A DNA stretch of 58,628 nt from an uncultured Gammaproteobacteria bacterium (lineage in GTDB: Bacteria; Patescibacteriota; Patescibacteriia; 2-12-FULL-60-25). Position 1 is the first letter of the stretch, and each line of letters starts with the position of its first letter. The stretch is from positions 28,780 through 87,407 of the forward strand of contig CAZLPD010000001.1 in assembly GCA_964561355.1 (NCBI GenBank), given 5' to 3'. The notes under the pieces are model-generated. The model did no database searches, was not told the DNA's origin, and saw only the letters and a program-made list of their open reading frames with translations. Below, piece after piece: positions 46,183 through 56,295 of the stretch. The position numbers and the translations under genes are program-made.

Positions 46183-46769
46183 TCGACCTTGGCCACCTTC
46201 CTAATCCCGTTCCTGGCGAAAAGCTGGTGTTTTTGTTGCGACGACATCCGATCACCATGCTACCACTTGCGATTGTGACGCTTGTGCTCCTCACTTCTCC
46301 ATTTGGCGTTGGCTGGTATATTCAGAATTTTCTTCCTGAACTTCCGCAGGATCAAACCACATTCCTTCCGCTTGTGCTGATCGGATCGATTTTCTTTTTG
46401 TTCGCATGGCTATTTTTGTTCCAGTACTTCATGGATTACTACCTTGATACTTGGATCGTAACTTCGCGACGTATTATCAACATCGAACAATCCGGGCTTT
46501 TTCATCGCACGATGTCGGAATTACGCTTGTATCGCGTGCAAGATGTAACCGCTTCGATCAATGGATTGTGGGCCACCATGTTTAATTACGGTGAGGTGGA
46601 GGTTCAGACAGCCGGCGAAAAATTGCGCTTCACGTTTGAGCAGGTACGCCATCCAAACGATGTATCGAAAGCGATTCTTGAGCTTTCAGAGATTGATCGA
46701 CGTGAACAACTTGATGTAGCTGTGGAGGAATTCGGGGTACCGGATGCGAAGAAACCCTTAGCGACCTAG
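46179..46769 (+). CDS. bacterial PH-domain (bPH_2/YdbT-like) membrane protein
   Basis: Two TM helices, then LDTWIVTSRRIINIEQSGLFHRTMSELRLYRVQDVTASINGLWATMFNYGEVEVQTAG, which is typical of the bPH_2 fold. Confidence 0.7.
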   Translation: MIDLGHLPNPVPGEKLVFLLRRHPITMLPLAIVTLVLLTSPFGVGWYIQNFLPELPQDQTTFLPLVLIGSIFFLFAWLFLFQYFMDYYLDTWIVTSRRIINIEQSGLFHRTMSELRLYRVQDVTASINGLWATMFNYGEVEVQTAGEKLRFTFEQVRHPNDVSKAILELSEIDRREQLDVAVEEFGVPDAKKPLAT

Positions 46770-46850
46770 ACTTTTTCACACATAAAGATGGCGGAGAAGG
46801 AGGCGACCAGAGATGGTCGTTTTTCTTTCTCCGCCAAGAGAGCCTGGGGA

Positions 46851-48224
46851 CTACGGCGCAACGAGTGTGTTCGTGATGCTCGTGCGATCGGCGTCACGAT
46901 AGAGCGCGCCGTACCAGTCAGGTGAGCCACAGGGAATGTCGTCGTGGAAGCCATCGGCGAGAGGCGACCAGACGAAGATACCTGACTCGATGCGAGACGA
47001 TGCAGCAGTTGGATCGATGAGGTGACAAGGCTCATCTCGACTCGTCCAGATGTGAGGACCGAGTATTCCCGGTTCGAGCGCTTGCTCGAATGGGGTGAGA
47101 CGACCCGCCCCTTCCGTGAACGGAGCGAGACTCATCCAGACATTGAGGCGCGTTCCTGAAGGGAGCGGCTCCGCCACTTCTCCGCGGACTACGAAGTCGA
47201 TCCAGTCGCTGCCAACAAACATCTCGGGCATGAAGCGGACGCTCGTAGCGGGTTCTACCGCGTCCCACGTACGCATGCGCTCGACCCGAGCTTCTGCTTC
47301 GGACAACCGCTCTCCGTCGCGCTCGTGCCAGAGGGTGAGCATGCGCGACATAGGGCGACCGTCGTCCGATTCGAAGCTGTAGGCAGTCATGAAGCGTTTG
47401 AGCGTGATCGGAGCGCCGGAGCTACGCAAACGCCAGTGGAGAAAGGCGTGTTCGCCGGGCGTGAGATCTTGATCGCTTTCAAGCGGTTGGACGACCGGGT
47501 GACCCACGAACTGGATCTGCAGATCACGCGTGATCGGCGCGTTGCTGACCACGCGCACTTCGCGATCATCGACTGTGCGCACCGAACCAGGGTCGAAGAG
47601 ATCGGACTCGTCGCCTAGCGTGATACGGTAGAGATGTTCGAGCGCGGCGTATTCTGGATCTTCCATCTCACTCGTATCCATCGTCATAACGAATACCACC
47701 GTTTCCTGATCGTGAATGATCGTTGGAAGCGTGAGCGAGAGATGACCTGTGCTACGTCCATCGAGTGATGGGAGAGGCTCGACGGGACCGGCGAGGATAC
47801 GACGAGCATCCAGATCCCAGATCGTGAAGTGACGAAGATACGGCGCCCCTTCGACATTCGTAACTCGACCAGTCGTCGTACTGAGTGCGAAGCGAATCGG
47901 CGGGATGCGAATGTCGCCACCATCGGCCATGAAGGACCAAGCGATGATCTGAAGATGGTTGCCACCCGTTGGCAAGACGGAGCGAGGCGTGGCACGAGAC
48001 GTGACGCGCAGCACGACGTCAGCGGTATCGGGAGCAAGTGTCTGAAGAGCGGCTCGCGGCGAAGAGGGTTCGATCGGCAGCATGTCAGATGCAGGCATCC
48101 CCGCATCCGACACGATCACAGACGAGCCTTCGCGCGCTCCTGATTGCGCTGGCGCGAACTTGGAGGCGCAGCCCGAAACAAAGAGAAGGAGAAACGCGAG
48201 CACCATCATCCATCGTCTTTTCAT
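46851..48224 (-). CDS. hypothetical lipoprotein (GC-rich)
   Basis: The signal plus lipobox is MKRRWMMVLAFLLLFVSGC. 457 aa with no family I recognise. G/C-ending codons are strongly favoured; my hand count of 47401-47460 is 40/60 G+C. Confidence 0.65.
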   Translation of the reverse strand: MKRRWMMVLAFLLLFVSGCASKFAPAQSGAREGSSVIVSDAGMPASDMLPIEPSSPRAALQTLAPDTADVVLRVTSRATPRSVLPTGGNHLQIIAWSFMADGGDIRIPPIRFALSTTTGRVTNVEGAPYLRHFTIWDLDARRILAGPVEPLPSLDGRSTGHLSLTLPTIIHDQETVVFVMTMDTSEMEDPEYAALEHLYRITLGDESDLFDPGSVRTVDDREVRVVSNAPITRDLQIQFVGHPVVQPLESDQDLTPGEHAFLHWRLRSSGAPITLKRFMTAYSFESDDGRPMSRMLTLWHERDGERLSEAEARVERMRTWDAVEPATSVRFMPEMFVGSDWIDFVVRGEVAEPLPSGTRLNVWMSLAPFTEGAGRLTPFEQALEPGILGPHIWTSRDEPCHLIDPTAASSRIESGIFVWSPLADGFHDDIPCGSPDWYGALYRDADRTSITNTLVAP

Positions 48225-48377
48225 GAGAGGTCTCTTTCTCCTGCACTATCAACACATGGGCGTTAACAGCAGGAGGATGAACATGATGCATACGCATCCA
48301 CGCTCCTACCGTCTCTATATACTCCGTTCCATAAAATAGCGGTCTATGTCAAGCGTTTCTCGACACTCTATTTAAAA

Positions 48378-48403
48378 CTAAAAAATTCCTGCTGATACAG
48401 GAA
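48378..48403 (-). terminator. intrinsic terminator of the small-peptide transcript
   Basis: Minus strand: TTCCTGtatcagCAGGAAtttttt. Confidence 0.65.
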
Positions 48404-48522
48404 CGTGGGTGTGAACTTTTTTTATAATCGATCCTCTTAGAATCTTTGATCTTGCGATCCAAGATTCAGTTGAGGCGGCGGATACGTATAAGGTAAGAAC
48501 GGGGACGTACCGCCTCAGTGCC

Positions 48523-48681
48523 TTAGCGGCTGTAAGGATCGTAGGTAACTTCGCGAGAGGTCTTGACGACCTTCGCGAGGAAGGCGATAAACATCAACCC
48601 GATGATCAACCCGATGATCAGCATCGGGAAGAAAAGCGTTTCCGGAATAAAGCAGCCGAACAATTCAACAGATTCTTCCAT
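48523..48681 (-). CDS. small single-TM peptide (52 aa)
   Basis: Not in the ORF track. My translation is MEESVELFGCFIPETLFFPMLIIGLIIGLMFIAFLAKVVKTSREVTYDPYSR. The SD GGAG lies 5 nt upstream. It has its own consensus promoter and terminator. The coding call rests on these signals only. Confidence 0.45.
   Translation of the reverse strand: MEESVELFGCFIPETLFFPMLIIGLIIGLMFIAFLAKVVKTSREVTYDPYSR
48595..48618. repeat. perfect 12-nt tandem duplication inside the small-peptide ORF
   Basis: caacccgatgat x2 encodes the duplicated IIGL-IIGL in the TM helix (in frame). Confidence 0.9.
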
Positions 48682-48845
48682 GACATCTCCGCAGCAGTGG
48701 GACCTCTAGTCCCGGGGGTGAAGGGGCGATCAATGCGGGCGCTTTTAACACCATCAATGATCGTTCCTCCAGGTGTTTTATGTCTTCTTTATTGCCTTGT
48801 ATAAGCCCTTTTTGACTTGCTACGACTTGGTCATTCTTAAATAAT

Positions 48846-48874
48846 ATAATACCAGTTTTTTGGGGTTTTGTCAA
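48846..48874 (-). promoter_or_regulatory. near-consensus sigma70 promoter for the small-peptide gene
   Basis: Minus strand: TTGACA (48874-48869), a 17-nt spacer, then TATTAT (48851-48846). This predicts a 5' leader of about 155 nt before the ATG at 48681. Confidence 0.6.
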
Positions 48875-48953
48875 TGAAAAAGCCTAAGTCCCCGATGAGT
48901 GCATCGAGGACGAAAAGTTGGTTGTAGAGGCGAGGTTTATTCGCCTGCGTCGA

Positions 48954-49859
48954 CTAGTGTCGACAGTGGTAGGGGCCCGGGGCGCAGCCGGCGAGGGCCG
49001 CGGGGCAGAGGCCTTGAGGGACGTAGCCACAGGGCGGGAACTCGCTCGGGCCGATCATGCCGTCGCAGGCCGCGAAGAGCGGTTGCAGCGGGACTTCCGT
49101 CTGCTGACCATCGGGCCCCACGCGCCAGGCGCGGAGCGTGCCGCGAGTGCGAAGTCCGCCGAGACCATCGACATCGAGCGCCCAGAGGAAGGCCGCCCCC
49201 TCCCCGTCCAGCACGTCCATGACGTTGAAACGTGGATTGGTGATGTCGTCAGGGATGGCGATGGCCACGCTCGTGGTCCAGGGATTGGCCGTGCGTGGTG
49301 CGGGAGCGTCGACGATCGGGTCGAGGTCGAAGCTGCCGTCGTGGCCGAGCTCGAAGGTTACCGAAGCAGGCCGAGGCGGGGTTACTCCCCCATCCGGATG
49401 TGCGTGCGGATCTTCCGTCACGTAGCACAGATGCCAAGCCGTGACGCCGCGCGCGTAGAACGCATCCGGCAAACGGAGCGTGCGACCGTGGCACGTGGTC
49501 GGAGCGAGCACGCGGGCTTCGAGAAAGCGTGACGTGCTCGCGTCGGTAGGCGATGCAGCGTCCATCGTCGAACCCGCGTCGGTCACAGAGACCGCCGCAT
49601 CGACAGCAACCGTCGTGGCTGCATCGTGGGTATTTTGAGTCGCATCCACCATCGTCGGCACGTTGGCGTCAACGATCGCGGGCGTGATGGTGGGCTGATC
49701 CGTGGCGAGCGTCGCGTGGTCATCTACCACATCCTGCGCCGCATCGCCCCCGTCGCAGTGCGCGTCTTCGATCACGATGGGGTTCGTGACACAACCGGCG
49801 CAGGTCGTTGCGAGCAAGATGCTGATCGAGATCCAAATAGCCATCATCAAACGCTTCAT
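48954..49859 (-). CDS. hypothetical lipoprotein (GC-rich, Cys-rich C-terminus)
   Basis: The signal plus lipobox is MKRLMMAIWISISILLATTCAGC, and the SD is GGAGG. My hand count of 49021-49080 is 42/60 G+C. Multiple antisense shadow ORFs overlap it. Confidence 0.65.
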   Translation of the reverse strand: MKRLMMAIWISISILLATTCAGCVTNPIVIEDAHCDGGDAAQDVVDDHATLATDQPTITPAIVDANVPTMVDATQNTHDAATTVAVDAAVSVTDAGSTMDAASPTDASTSRFLEARVLAPTTCHGRTLRLPDAFYARGVTAWHLCYVTEDPHAHPDGGVTPPRPASVTFELGHDGSFDLDPIVDAPAPRTANPWTTSVAIAIPDDITNPRFNVMDVLDGEGAAFLWALDVDGLGGLRTRGTLRAWRVGPDGQQTEVPLQPLFAACDGMIGPSEFPPCGYVPQGLCPAALAGCAPGPYHCRH

Positions 49860-49967
49860 GATGTCCTCCGTATCCTATTTTCTTTTGTGAGCGATTCGTA
49901 ACCGCACGAACATCTCACCTTCTACCCCGTTCCACGAATCGAGCTACTCGTCAAGATGTGGATAGCG

Positions 49968-51899
49968 CTATTGGGGTACACGATCGATCAACGTCATCGC
50001 TTGGTCGTAGGTTGTCGATCGCACGTCCTCAAAACCGGGATTTTCTGTGCGACCCCCGCTCTCTGCGCCAGGCATAAAGCCACAATCTGACTCGTGAGAA
50101 ATTACTCCTCCGTTGTTCCAGTACACGTTATTTGATGCGGAGATGTTGCGCAGGTCATGACTTTGTACCTCACACACGTTCGGCAGACTGCCTCGCGTAT
50201 CCACGATACGATTATCACGCCATATCACACCATCACTCATCTGATCGCTTCCGTTGCCGGCACGCATCTGCAAGATCACCCCATCGTTATTCAAGAAAAG
50301 GTTGTTTGTGACGGATGAATTTCGCGCATCATAGACTCCTAGCGCTCCATAGGATGCGTGCGCAATAACATTGTGCTGGAAGTTTGTTTCGAGGGCTTCG
50401 TAGACGGCGTTGTGCGAAATATCCGTGTCCGTCCACCCACCGATTCCCCACGCTGGATCGCCTGCACCTGCGCGCTGCATGTCGATGACGTTATCCACGA
50501 TTTGCGCATGTTCACTACCACCTTTTACATATCCACCCAAATTCCCGAAGTCGTGGATCCAATTGCGGCGGATCGTTACATAGTCCGCATCGACGACATC
50601 AACCACTTCTTGCCACTCGTTCTCCGTTGTATCCACGCGTCGACCTGGTCGCGCAAGGTCCGAGCCCTCGAGAATGATGTGGTTGGCCTGATTTATTTTT
50701 ACGACATCGCCATCCAATCCAGCATCAGACAACGTGAGATTGCGCAGCGTGATGTAACTTGCGTTGCCTTGCACATGCAGAACATTGTTGCCTGCATGAA
50801 TGAATAGCAGACCATCTACCACGAGATACCGTGCGTTGTTCCCTATATTTATTCCTTCATCCGTGGTTCCGGACATCGTGAAGCGGGCGGAACCGCGACC
50901 GTTTGCGGCCACGATATAGATTGGGTTCGCTTCCGTTCCTTTTGCCTCAATCCAAAGCTGGCGAGAAAGATCGTAGCTTCCCGAGACACTAATCACGTCT
51001 CCTGGTCGCGCGTTTTGGATAGCTGTACGCAAGGTCGACTCTGTTCCGACCGACACTACTCGACGTGCGCCGGGATATGGCGATAGATCCGTGACAGGCG
51101 CCGCGCTTGAAGAAGATGAGCCACTCGACGAACCGGAAGATGAGCTTGGACTAGAAGCGGTTGTTGGTGTGCGCGTTATTTGCCCAGGCCAGACCACAGG
51201 AGGAGGCACGTATCGCGTTGTGGTGACTGTCACCGGATTCATTGGTGTCGCAGGTATCGAAAGAGGGATGACGGGGTACGGCGCCGAACTTCGCGGCGAC
51301 GTTCCCGTTGAGACAGGCGTCGCTGGAGATACTGTGGGCGCAACGACGGGCGTAGCTCGTGGAGCGGAAATGGTTCCACGACGGTTTTGTTCGATGGTTG
51401 GAGTAGCATCACGTTCGGCCCGAGGGGACGTCTCGGAGACTGCCCTCACTGGATTACCAAAGACGTAGTCCGCTACACGCGCATCCGCTAACTCATCGAC
51501 TAAACGGCGCCAATTTGAGCCATATAACGACTTTACAATGCTTTCACGCGTCATCCACCGTAACATTCCCCCACGCCCTACGGTATATATCTTCGTATCG
51601 CCTTTGCGTTTGAGGAGGCGCGTACCTGGTCTATATGTCACATTGCCGCCGTAGCTGTAGCGCGAAAGCTCCGCATCGGAGATTGTGCGCACGCCCGAGA
51701 AGTCGGTGTACCACGTGCGAAACGTTTGCTCATTCGGAAACGCGTACCGCTTCCCGTTGGTTGCGAGATAAAAGATAACTGGCCCGGATGCCTTGATTAA
51801 TCCGGGTGAGGTCGCCGCTTGCGCAGGCCTCACTTCTGGCAGACACAATGCTCCCACCAAACAAAATATCGAGATCAAAGAACGCCATCGAACAATCAT
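49968..51899 (-). CDS. secreted right-handed parallel beta-helix repeat protein
   Basis: It has a signal peptide, an N-terminal domain of about 130 aa (GPVIFYLATNGKRYAFPNEQTFRTWY), an S/P/T-rich linker (SSPSSSSGSSSGSSSSS), then beta-helix turns (NNVLHVQGNASYITLRNLTLSDAG, GGYVKGGSEHAQIVDNVI, NSSVTNNLFLNNDG). Confidence 0.75.
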   Translation of the reverse strand: MIVRWRSLISIFCLVGALCLPEVRPAQAATSPGLIKASGPVIFYLATNGKRYAFPNEQTFRTWYTDFSGVRTISDAELSRYSYGGNVTYRPGTRLLKRKGDTKIYTVGRGGMLRWMTRESIVKSLYGSNWRRLVDELADARVADYVFGNPVRAVSETSPRAERDATPTIEQNRRGTISAPRATPVVAPTVSPATPVSTGTSPRSSAPYPVIPLSIPATPMNPVTVTTTRYVPPPVVWPGQITRTPTTASSPSSSSGSSSGSSSSSAAPVTDLSPYPGARRVVSVGTESTLRTAIQNARPGDVISVSGSYDLSRQLWIEAKGTEANPIYIVAANGRGSARFTMSGTTDEGINIGNNARYLVVDGLLFIHAGNNVLHVQGNASYITLRNLTLSDAGLDGDVVKINQANHIILEGSDLARPGRRVDTTENEWQEVVDVVDADYVTIRRNWIHDFGNLGGYVKGGSEHAQIVDNVIDMQRAGAGDPAWGIGGWTDTDISHNAVYEALETNFQHNVIAHASYGALGVYDARNSSVTNNLFLNNDGVILQMRAGNGSDQMSDGVIWRDNRIVDTRGSLPNVCEVQSHDLRNISASNNVYWNNGGVISHESDCGFMPGAESGGRTENPGFEDVRSTTYDQAMTLIDRVPQ

Positions 51900-51987
51900 A
51901 TTAGCCTCTATGATGCCGCATTGATTCCTTCATCACAAGCGCTTTGACGCTCTCATCTCTCAAGCCGTACACTCTTTTTACCTTCTT

Positions 51988-54900
51988 ATGACACACACAC
52001 CTCATGCTTCATGGCGCAAAGCGACCTCGTTCGCTCTTACGCTTGCGATGACGTTAAGTTCGCTGCTTCCAAGCACGATCTCTTTTCTTGACGCACCCGT
52101 CGCACACGCTGCCACGCTCGCGGAGACGCTTCCTGTCATTCCTACGATCGACACAAGCATGAAAGCGAACCTACGCACCATTCTCGCGAATGGTCAGGGT
52201 CTAGGGAATCACTTGAGTGTGTTTTCAAAAATCGGTGACAGCATCACTGCCACCGGGTCCTTTTTAGTCGACGTCGGCTGCCCATCAGACCCTCCTAATG
52301 CCTATGGTGGCATGGGAGCAACCGTGGATTATTTTTCTACAACCGTGGGCGAACCCACGAGCTGGTGCAATCTAGCCAACTCTTTTACACGCAATAGCCG
52401 CGCGGCAGCTTCTGGTTGGCGTGTGAGCGCACTCACCAGCATCGCTACCGGTGATGCGCCCATGCGCGCAGGATGCGCGAGCGGCGAGAACCAGCTTGCT
52501 TGTGAACTTCGCCTCGCTAAACCAAGCGCAGCCCTCATCATGATCGGCACAAATGACGCCGATCAGTTAGCGAGCGGCGGCGAGACCGTTGCTGCCTACA
52601 AGGCGAATCTTCTTTCCGTGGTTGATCAGACGATCGCTGCCGGAGTTATTCCCGTTCTTAGCACCATTCCTCCCCGTCTTGATCAAAGTAGCTCTTTCCA
52701 AGATGAGGTTACTCAGATCAATCAAGCTATCATCGAGGTCGCCCAGACGCGCACCATTCCTCTTTGGAACTACTGGCGCTCGATGCAGTCTCTTGGGTCC
52801 GCTGACAATTTTGGAATGGGAAGCGACGGGATCCACCCAAACGCTTATCTGACGGATCAGGCCACCAACATGAGCAGCGCTGCGCTTCACTTTGGATACA
52901 ACCAGCGCAACTACCAAGCTTTGCAAGCACTCACAAAGCTAAAGAGTGTCGTTATTGATAATGGCCCTGCAGATAGCGGCTCTACCCCAACACCAACGCC
53001 TGCGCCTACACCAGCGCCAACACCGACTCCTGCCCCAACGCCGACACCAACACCTACCCCAACTCCAACGCCTGCGCCTACACCAGCGCCAACGTCTGGC
53101 TCGTCTCGAACGATTCGTGTCTACGTTGCCGGTGAGAGTATCGAGCGCCGTAACCGCATGACCGAGGCGCCTTTTACCGCCACGGGAGCGCTCAACGATC
53201 CAACAAACAACGACGGCGATCAATACGGCTGGATGGTTCCTCTTGCGGATCGTCTTAAGTTGCGCGACTCAGGCCTCAGCATCCAATTTGTGGGCGCAAC
53301 TCCATGGAGTGGTGCCGACTACGATGAGAATCCATACTCCGGCACGTATCCTTCCACGACCCCTGGACGCACGTCCGCCATTGGAGGAACGGATGTCGAC
53401 AGTTGGCTCAGTCAACGCCGCGCTGAACTTCAGTCCCGCACATATTGCTACGACGTAGCTTTCGCTTCTCGAGGCGGAAATGATCTCGCAGTAGATGACG
53501 CAACATACCAAGCAAACCTCACCACGCTCATCGGTCTCTTGGTCAACGGATCTTCCTGCAACAACAACCCCGTCGTCTTTGTCACGGGTCACATGCCGGA
53601 TAACCAAGGCACAATTAGCGCGCTGCGTCCTAAGTTCGTTGATCGTGCTCGTGTAGCCGCTCAAAGCTATGCCACTGCAAACCCAACGCGCCGCGTACGT
53701 TTTGTAGACATGTTCACACCTTTTGCTACAAACCAAGCCACGACCGCCTTCCCAACGCCAAGCTGGACATCAACCTCGAACACCTTCAATACGGCTCGCA
53801 TCGCACGGTCCGGATCTGGCTGGCAGGACGGATTGCATCCAGGGCGTTTAGCATCGATCTACGCCGGTGAAATCGCTGCCAACGCTATTGATATGGCCGA
53901 TCTTGGCGGGTCAGGCGCGCCAACTCCAACGCCCACACCTACACCGACCCCCACTCCAACTCCAACTCCAACTCCAACTCCAACTCCTACCCCTGCACCA
54001 ACACCTGCACCAGCCTCGACTTTTACTCTTGCAGCCTCCCCTACCAGCCTCTCGATTGCGCAAGGTCAAACTGGTCGAATCACCTTCAACGTCACCCGCG
54101 CCGGTGGATTTAGAGGACTCATCCGCTTCGCTTACGACCGCATTCCTACCAACGCGCGTGCCTCGTTTAACCCAGCCCGCACCACCGCGACCGGCAACAG
54201 CTCTGTTCTTACGTTCACCATCGCACGAACGGTCGCAACGGGTAGTTACACAGTAAACGTTCGCGCTACGAGCGGCACTATCACTCGCAACATTGCCATT
54301 CCTCTTACCATCACTTCCGCCACCTCCCTTGTTCCAAACTTCACCGTCGCACGAACTCCAACAGCCCTCTCGCTTCAACAGGGCGCGAGCGCCTCTGTGA
54401 CCGTGACGATTACACGAACGAATGGCTTTAACGGCACCGTTACCGTTACTCCATCTGGATTACGCGCTGGTGTCACCGCTCCAACAATTACGATTCCAAG
54501 CGGATCCACTAGCGGCATCATGACATTCTCCGCGGCTGGCACGGCAAGCGTCGGAGGTCAAACAACGGCCACGCTCACCGCTGCGAGTGGCAGCTTGAGC
54601 AAGACCACGACCGTCGCCCTTAGCGTTACGGCTGCTCCAGCTCCAACCCCCACACCAACCCCTACCCCCACACCAGCACCAGCCCCTAGCGCCAGCGCCT
54701 ACAACATGGGTACGCCGACCCTACGCGATATCTGGGTTGACCCTATCAGCGGAAACGACTCGAATACAGGCAATACCCGGACACAAGCGCTTCGTAATCT
54801 GAGCACCGCCTGGAATCGCGTTCCTCAAGGCACAACGCTCACCGGCACCGGGTATCGCATCATGATCACACCCGGCACCATCGCGACGGCCGGCATTCCA

Positions 54901-56169
54901 GAGTACCTCGAGGGTCGCTACGGCACGTTTCAGTTTCCCGTCATCATTCAGGCCGCCGATGGACGTGGGACCGTCACGCTTACAGATGACTTAAACATCT
55001 ACGATACGCGCTATCTTTATCTCATCGACTTCCGTATCGCTCCAGGACACGATCCTCTCCACTGCGAAAAGTGTGATCACTTCCTTGTGCGCGGCATGAC
55101 GATCGACGGAGGGGCGAGCCGACCATCACACGAAGGCATCAAGATTAATCAATCGCAATACGTCTACATCGAGGATTCTGATGCTTCGGGCGCAGATGAC
55201 AACGCGATCGATTTTGTGGCTGTGCAGTACGGGCAAGTCATTAACACAAAGATTCACAACGCTGGCGACTGGTGTGCTTACGCTAAGGGCGGATCAGCCT
55301 ATCTTCGCTACGAAGGGAATGAGTTCTACGACTGTGGCACCGGTGGATTTGTGGCTGGGCAAGGTACCGGATTCGAATACATGACGAGTCCATGGATTCA
55401 CTACGAAGCGTATGGCATCACGTTCGTGAACAACGTCATTCATGATGTGAATACCTCGGGCTTGGGTGTGAATGGCGGCTACAACATCGTCATGGCTTAC
55501 AACACACTCTATCGCGTTGGACAGGGCGATCATCTTATCGAATTCAACTTTGGTTCGCAGGGTTGCGATGGAGATACCACGCAGACGACTCCTGGCCACA
55601 CCTTAGCGGAAAACTGCACCGCTTATCAGGCTGCTGGCGGATGGGGCGATCGCGCGAGCGGAGAACAGGCCGTCATTCCCAACAAGCACGTCTACGTCTA
55701 CAACAACTTGTTCTACAATCCAAGCGGATACGTAAGTCCAAACATGTTGCAGGTTCCTGGCAGCTTTGCGCATCCACCTACCGCCTTCAACCTTCCTGCT
55801 AGTGTGCGCGCGGATGAGGATCTCAACATCAAAAACAACGTCTTCTGGAATGGTAGCAGCTCAATTCCTCTCGGCATCGAAGGAACCGCTCATTGTCAGA
55901 GCGATAACAGCACGTGTAACGCAACGCAGCTCACGCGAGATAACCGCTTCAACAGTTTGCAGCCACAGCTCGTAGCTCCTGTGACAGGCGACTTCCATCC
56001 TATCGCTGGTAGCAACGTGCTCAGCGTGGCAGCCATTCCCCTTCCTACGCTTAGCTGGAGCGATCTTCCAACTCGCCCACAAGCACCGGCTGGCTATACA
56101 ACGATCACTGTCAGCACAAACCGCGATGGCGTGAGCCGCTCAACCGGAAATCACGTTGGCGCTTACTAA
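51988..56169 (+). CDS. giant secreted multidomain protein: 2x SGNH/GDSL hydrolase-like, 2x Ig-like, C-terminal beta-helix, joined by PT linkers
   Basis: A signal peptide is present. SGNH blocks are [14 protein letters not shown] and SDGIHPN. A second SGNH-like domain has VAGESI, SRGGNDL and QDGLHPG. Two Ig-like repeats of about 95 aa follow ([24 protein letters not shown] / [24 protein letters not shown]). The C-terminal beta-helix starts [24 protein letters not shown]. There are three (P/T/A) linkers. Confidence 0.8.
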   Translation: MTHTPHASWRKATSFALTLAMTLSSLLPSTISFLDAPVAHAATLAETLPVIPTIDTSMKANLRTILANGQGLGNHLSVFSKIGDSITATGSFLVDVGCPSDPPNAYGGMGATVDYFSTTVGEPTSWCNLANSFTRNSRAAASGWRVSALTSIATGDAPMRAGCASGENQLACELRLAKPSAALIMIGTNDADQLASGGETVAAYKANLLSVVDQTIAAGVIPVLSTIPPRLDQSSSFQDEVTQINQAIIEVAQTRTIPLWNYWRSMQSLGSADNFGMGSDGIHPNAYLTDQATNMSSAALHFGYNQRNYQALQALTKLKSVVIDNGPADSGSTPTPTPAPTPAPTPTPAPTPTPTPTPTPTPAPTPAPTSGSSRTIRVYVAGESIERRNRMTEAPFTATGALNDPTNNDGDQYGWMVPLADRLKLRDSGLSIQFVGATPWSGADYDENPYSGTYPSTTPGRTSAIGGTDVDSWLSQRRAELQSRTYCYDVAFASRGGNDLAVDDATYQANLTTLIGLLVNGSSCNNNPVVFVTGHMPDNQGTISALRPKFVDRARVAAQSYATANPTRRVRFVDMFTPFATNQATTAFPTPSWTSTSNTFNTARIARSGSGWQDGLHPGRLASIYAGEIAANAIDMADLGGSGAPTPTPTPTPTPTPTPTPTPTPTPTPAPTPAPASTFTLAASPTSLSIAQGQTGRITFNVTRAGGFRGLIRFAYDRIPTNARASFNPARTTATGNSSVLTFTIARTVATGSYTVNVRATSGTITRNIAIPLTITSATSLVPNFTVARTPTALSLQQGASASVTVTITRTNGFNGTVTVTPSGLRAGVTAPTITIPSGSTSGIMTFSAAGTASVGGQTTATLTAASGSLSKTTTVALSVTAAPAPTPTPTPTPTPAPAPSASAYNMGTPTLRDIWVDPISGNDSNTGNTRTQALRNLSTAWNRVPQGTTLTGTGYRIMITPGTIATAGIPEYLEGRYGTFQFPVIIQAADGRGTVTLTDDLNIYDTRYLYLIDFRIAPGHDPLHCEKCDHFLVRGMTIDGGASRPSHEGIKINQSQYVYIEDSDASGADDNAIDFVAVQYGQVINTKIHNAGDWCAYAKGGSAYLRYEGNEFYDCGTGGFVAGQGTGFEYMTSPWIHYEAYGITFVNNVIHDVNTSGLGVNGGYNIVMAYNTLYRVGQGDHLIEFNFGSQGCDGDTTQTTPGHTLAENCTAYQAAGGWGDRASGEQAVIPNKHVYVYNNLFYNPSGYVSPNMLQVPGSFAHPPTAFNLPASVRADEDLNIKNNVFWNGSSSIPLGIEGTAHCQSDNSTCNATQLTRDNRFNSLQPQLVAPVTGDFHPIAGSNVLSVAAIPLPTLSWSDLPTRPQAPAGYTTITVSTNRDGVSRSTGNHVGAY
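52993..53093. repeat. 29-nt perfect direct repeat pair in PT linker 1
   Basis: ccaacgcctgcgcctacaccagcgccaac occurs at 52993-53021 and again at 53065-53093. Confidence 0.9.
53956..53985. repeat. (CCAACT)5 hexanucleotide tandem repeat in PT linker 2
   Basis: Five perfect in-frame CCAACT units encoding (TP)n, flanked by degenerate copies. Confidence 0.9.
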
Positions 56170-56181
56170 CAAGGCCGATCG

Positions 56182-56214
56182 CAAACACACCCCGCTCTGG
56201 GGTGTGTTTGTTTG
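56182..56214. terminator. intrinsic terminator between convergent genes
   Basis: CAAACACACCCCgctctGGGGTGTGTTTGtttg is a perfect 12-bp stem. Confidence 0.85.
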
Positions 56215-56295
56215 ATGACGAATGAACGCCCTCCCTCTTAAAACACGAAGAGAGCCAGATGGCTCTTTTTAGGAAGAGGTGGTTGGTTTTGCCGA

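Noticed and set aside
48440-48467. 28-bp imperfect palindrome (GAATCTTTGATC-ttgc-GATCCAAGATTC) as a transcription-factor operator
   Set aside because: It lies in the 3' UTR of the small-peptide transcript between two other hairpins, upstream of that transcript's terminator. It is more simply an RNA stem-loop. An operator role cannot be excluded but is unsupported.
48665-48874. 69-aa minus-strand ORF (MTKPQKTG...)
   Set aside because: Its start codon lies inside the -35 hexamer of the consensus promoter, so it would not be on the transcript. It also overlaps the better-supported 52-aa ORF start.
52984-54690. PT-linker repeats as a possible CRISPR array or other non-coding repeat
   Set aside because: They lie in-frame inside a long ORF and encode Pro/Thr/Ala linkers. 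They lack spacer-repeat regularity.
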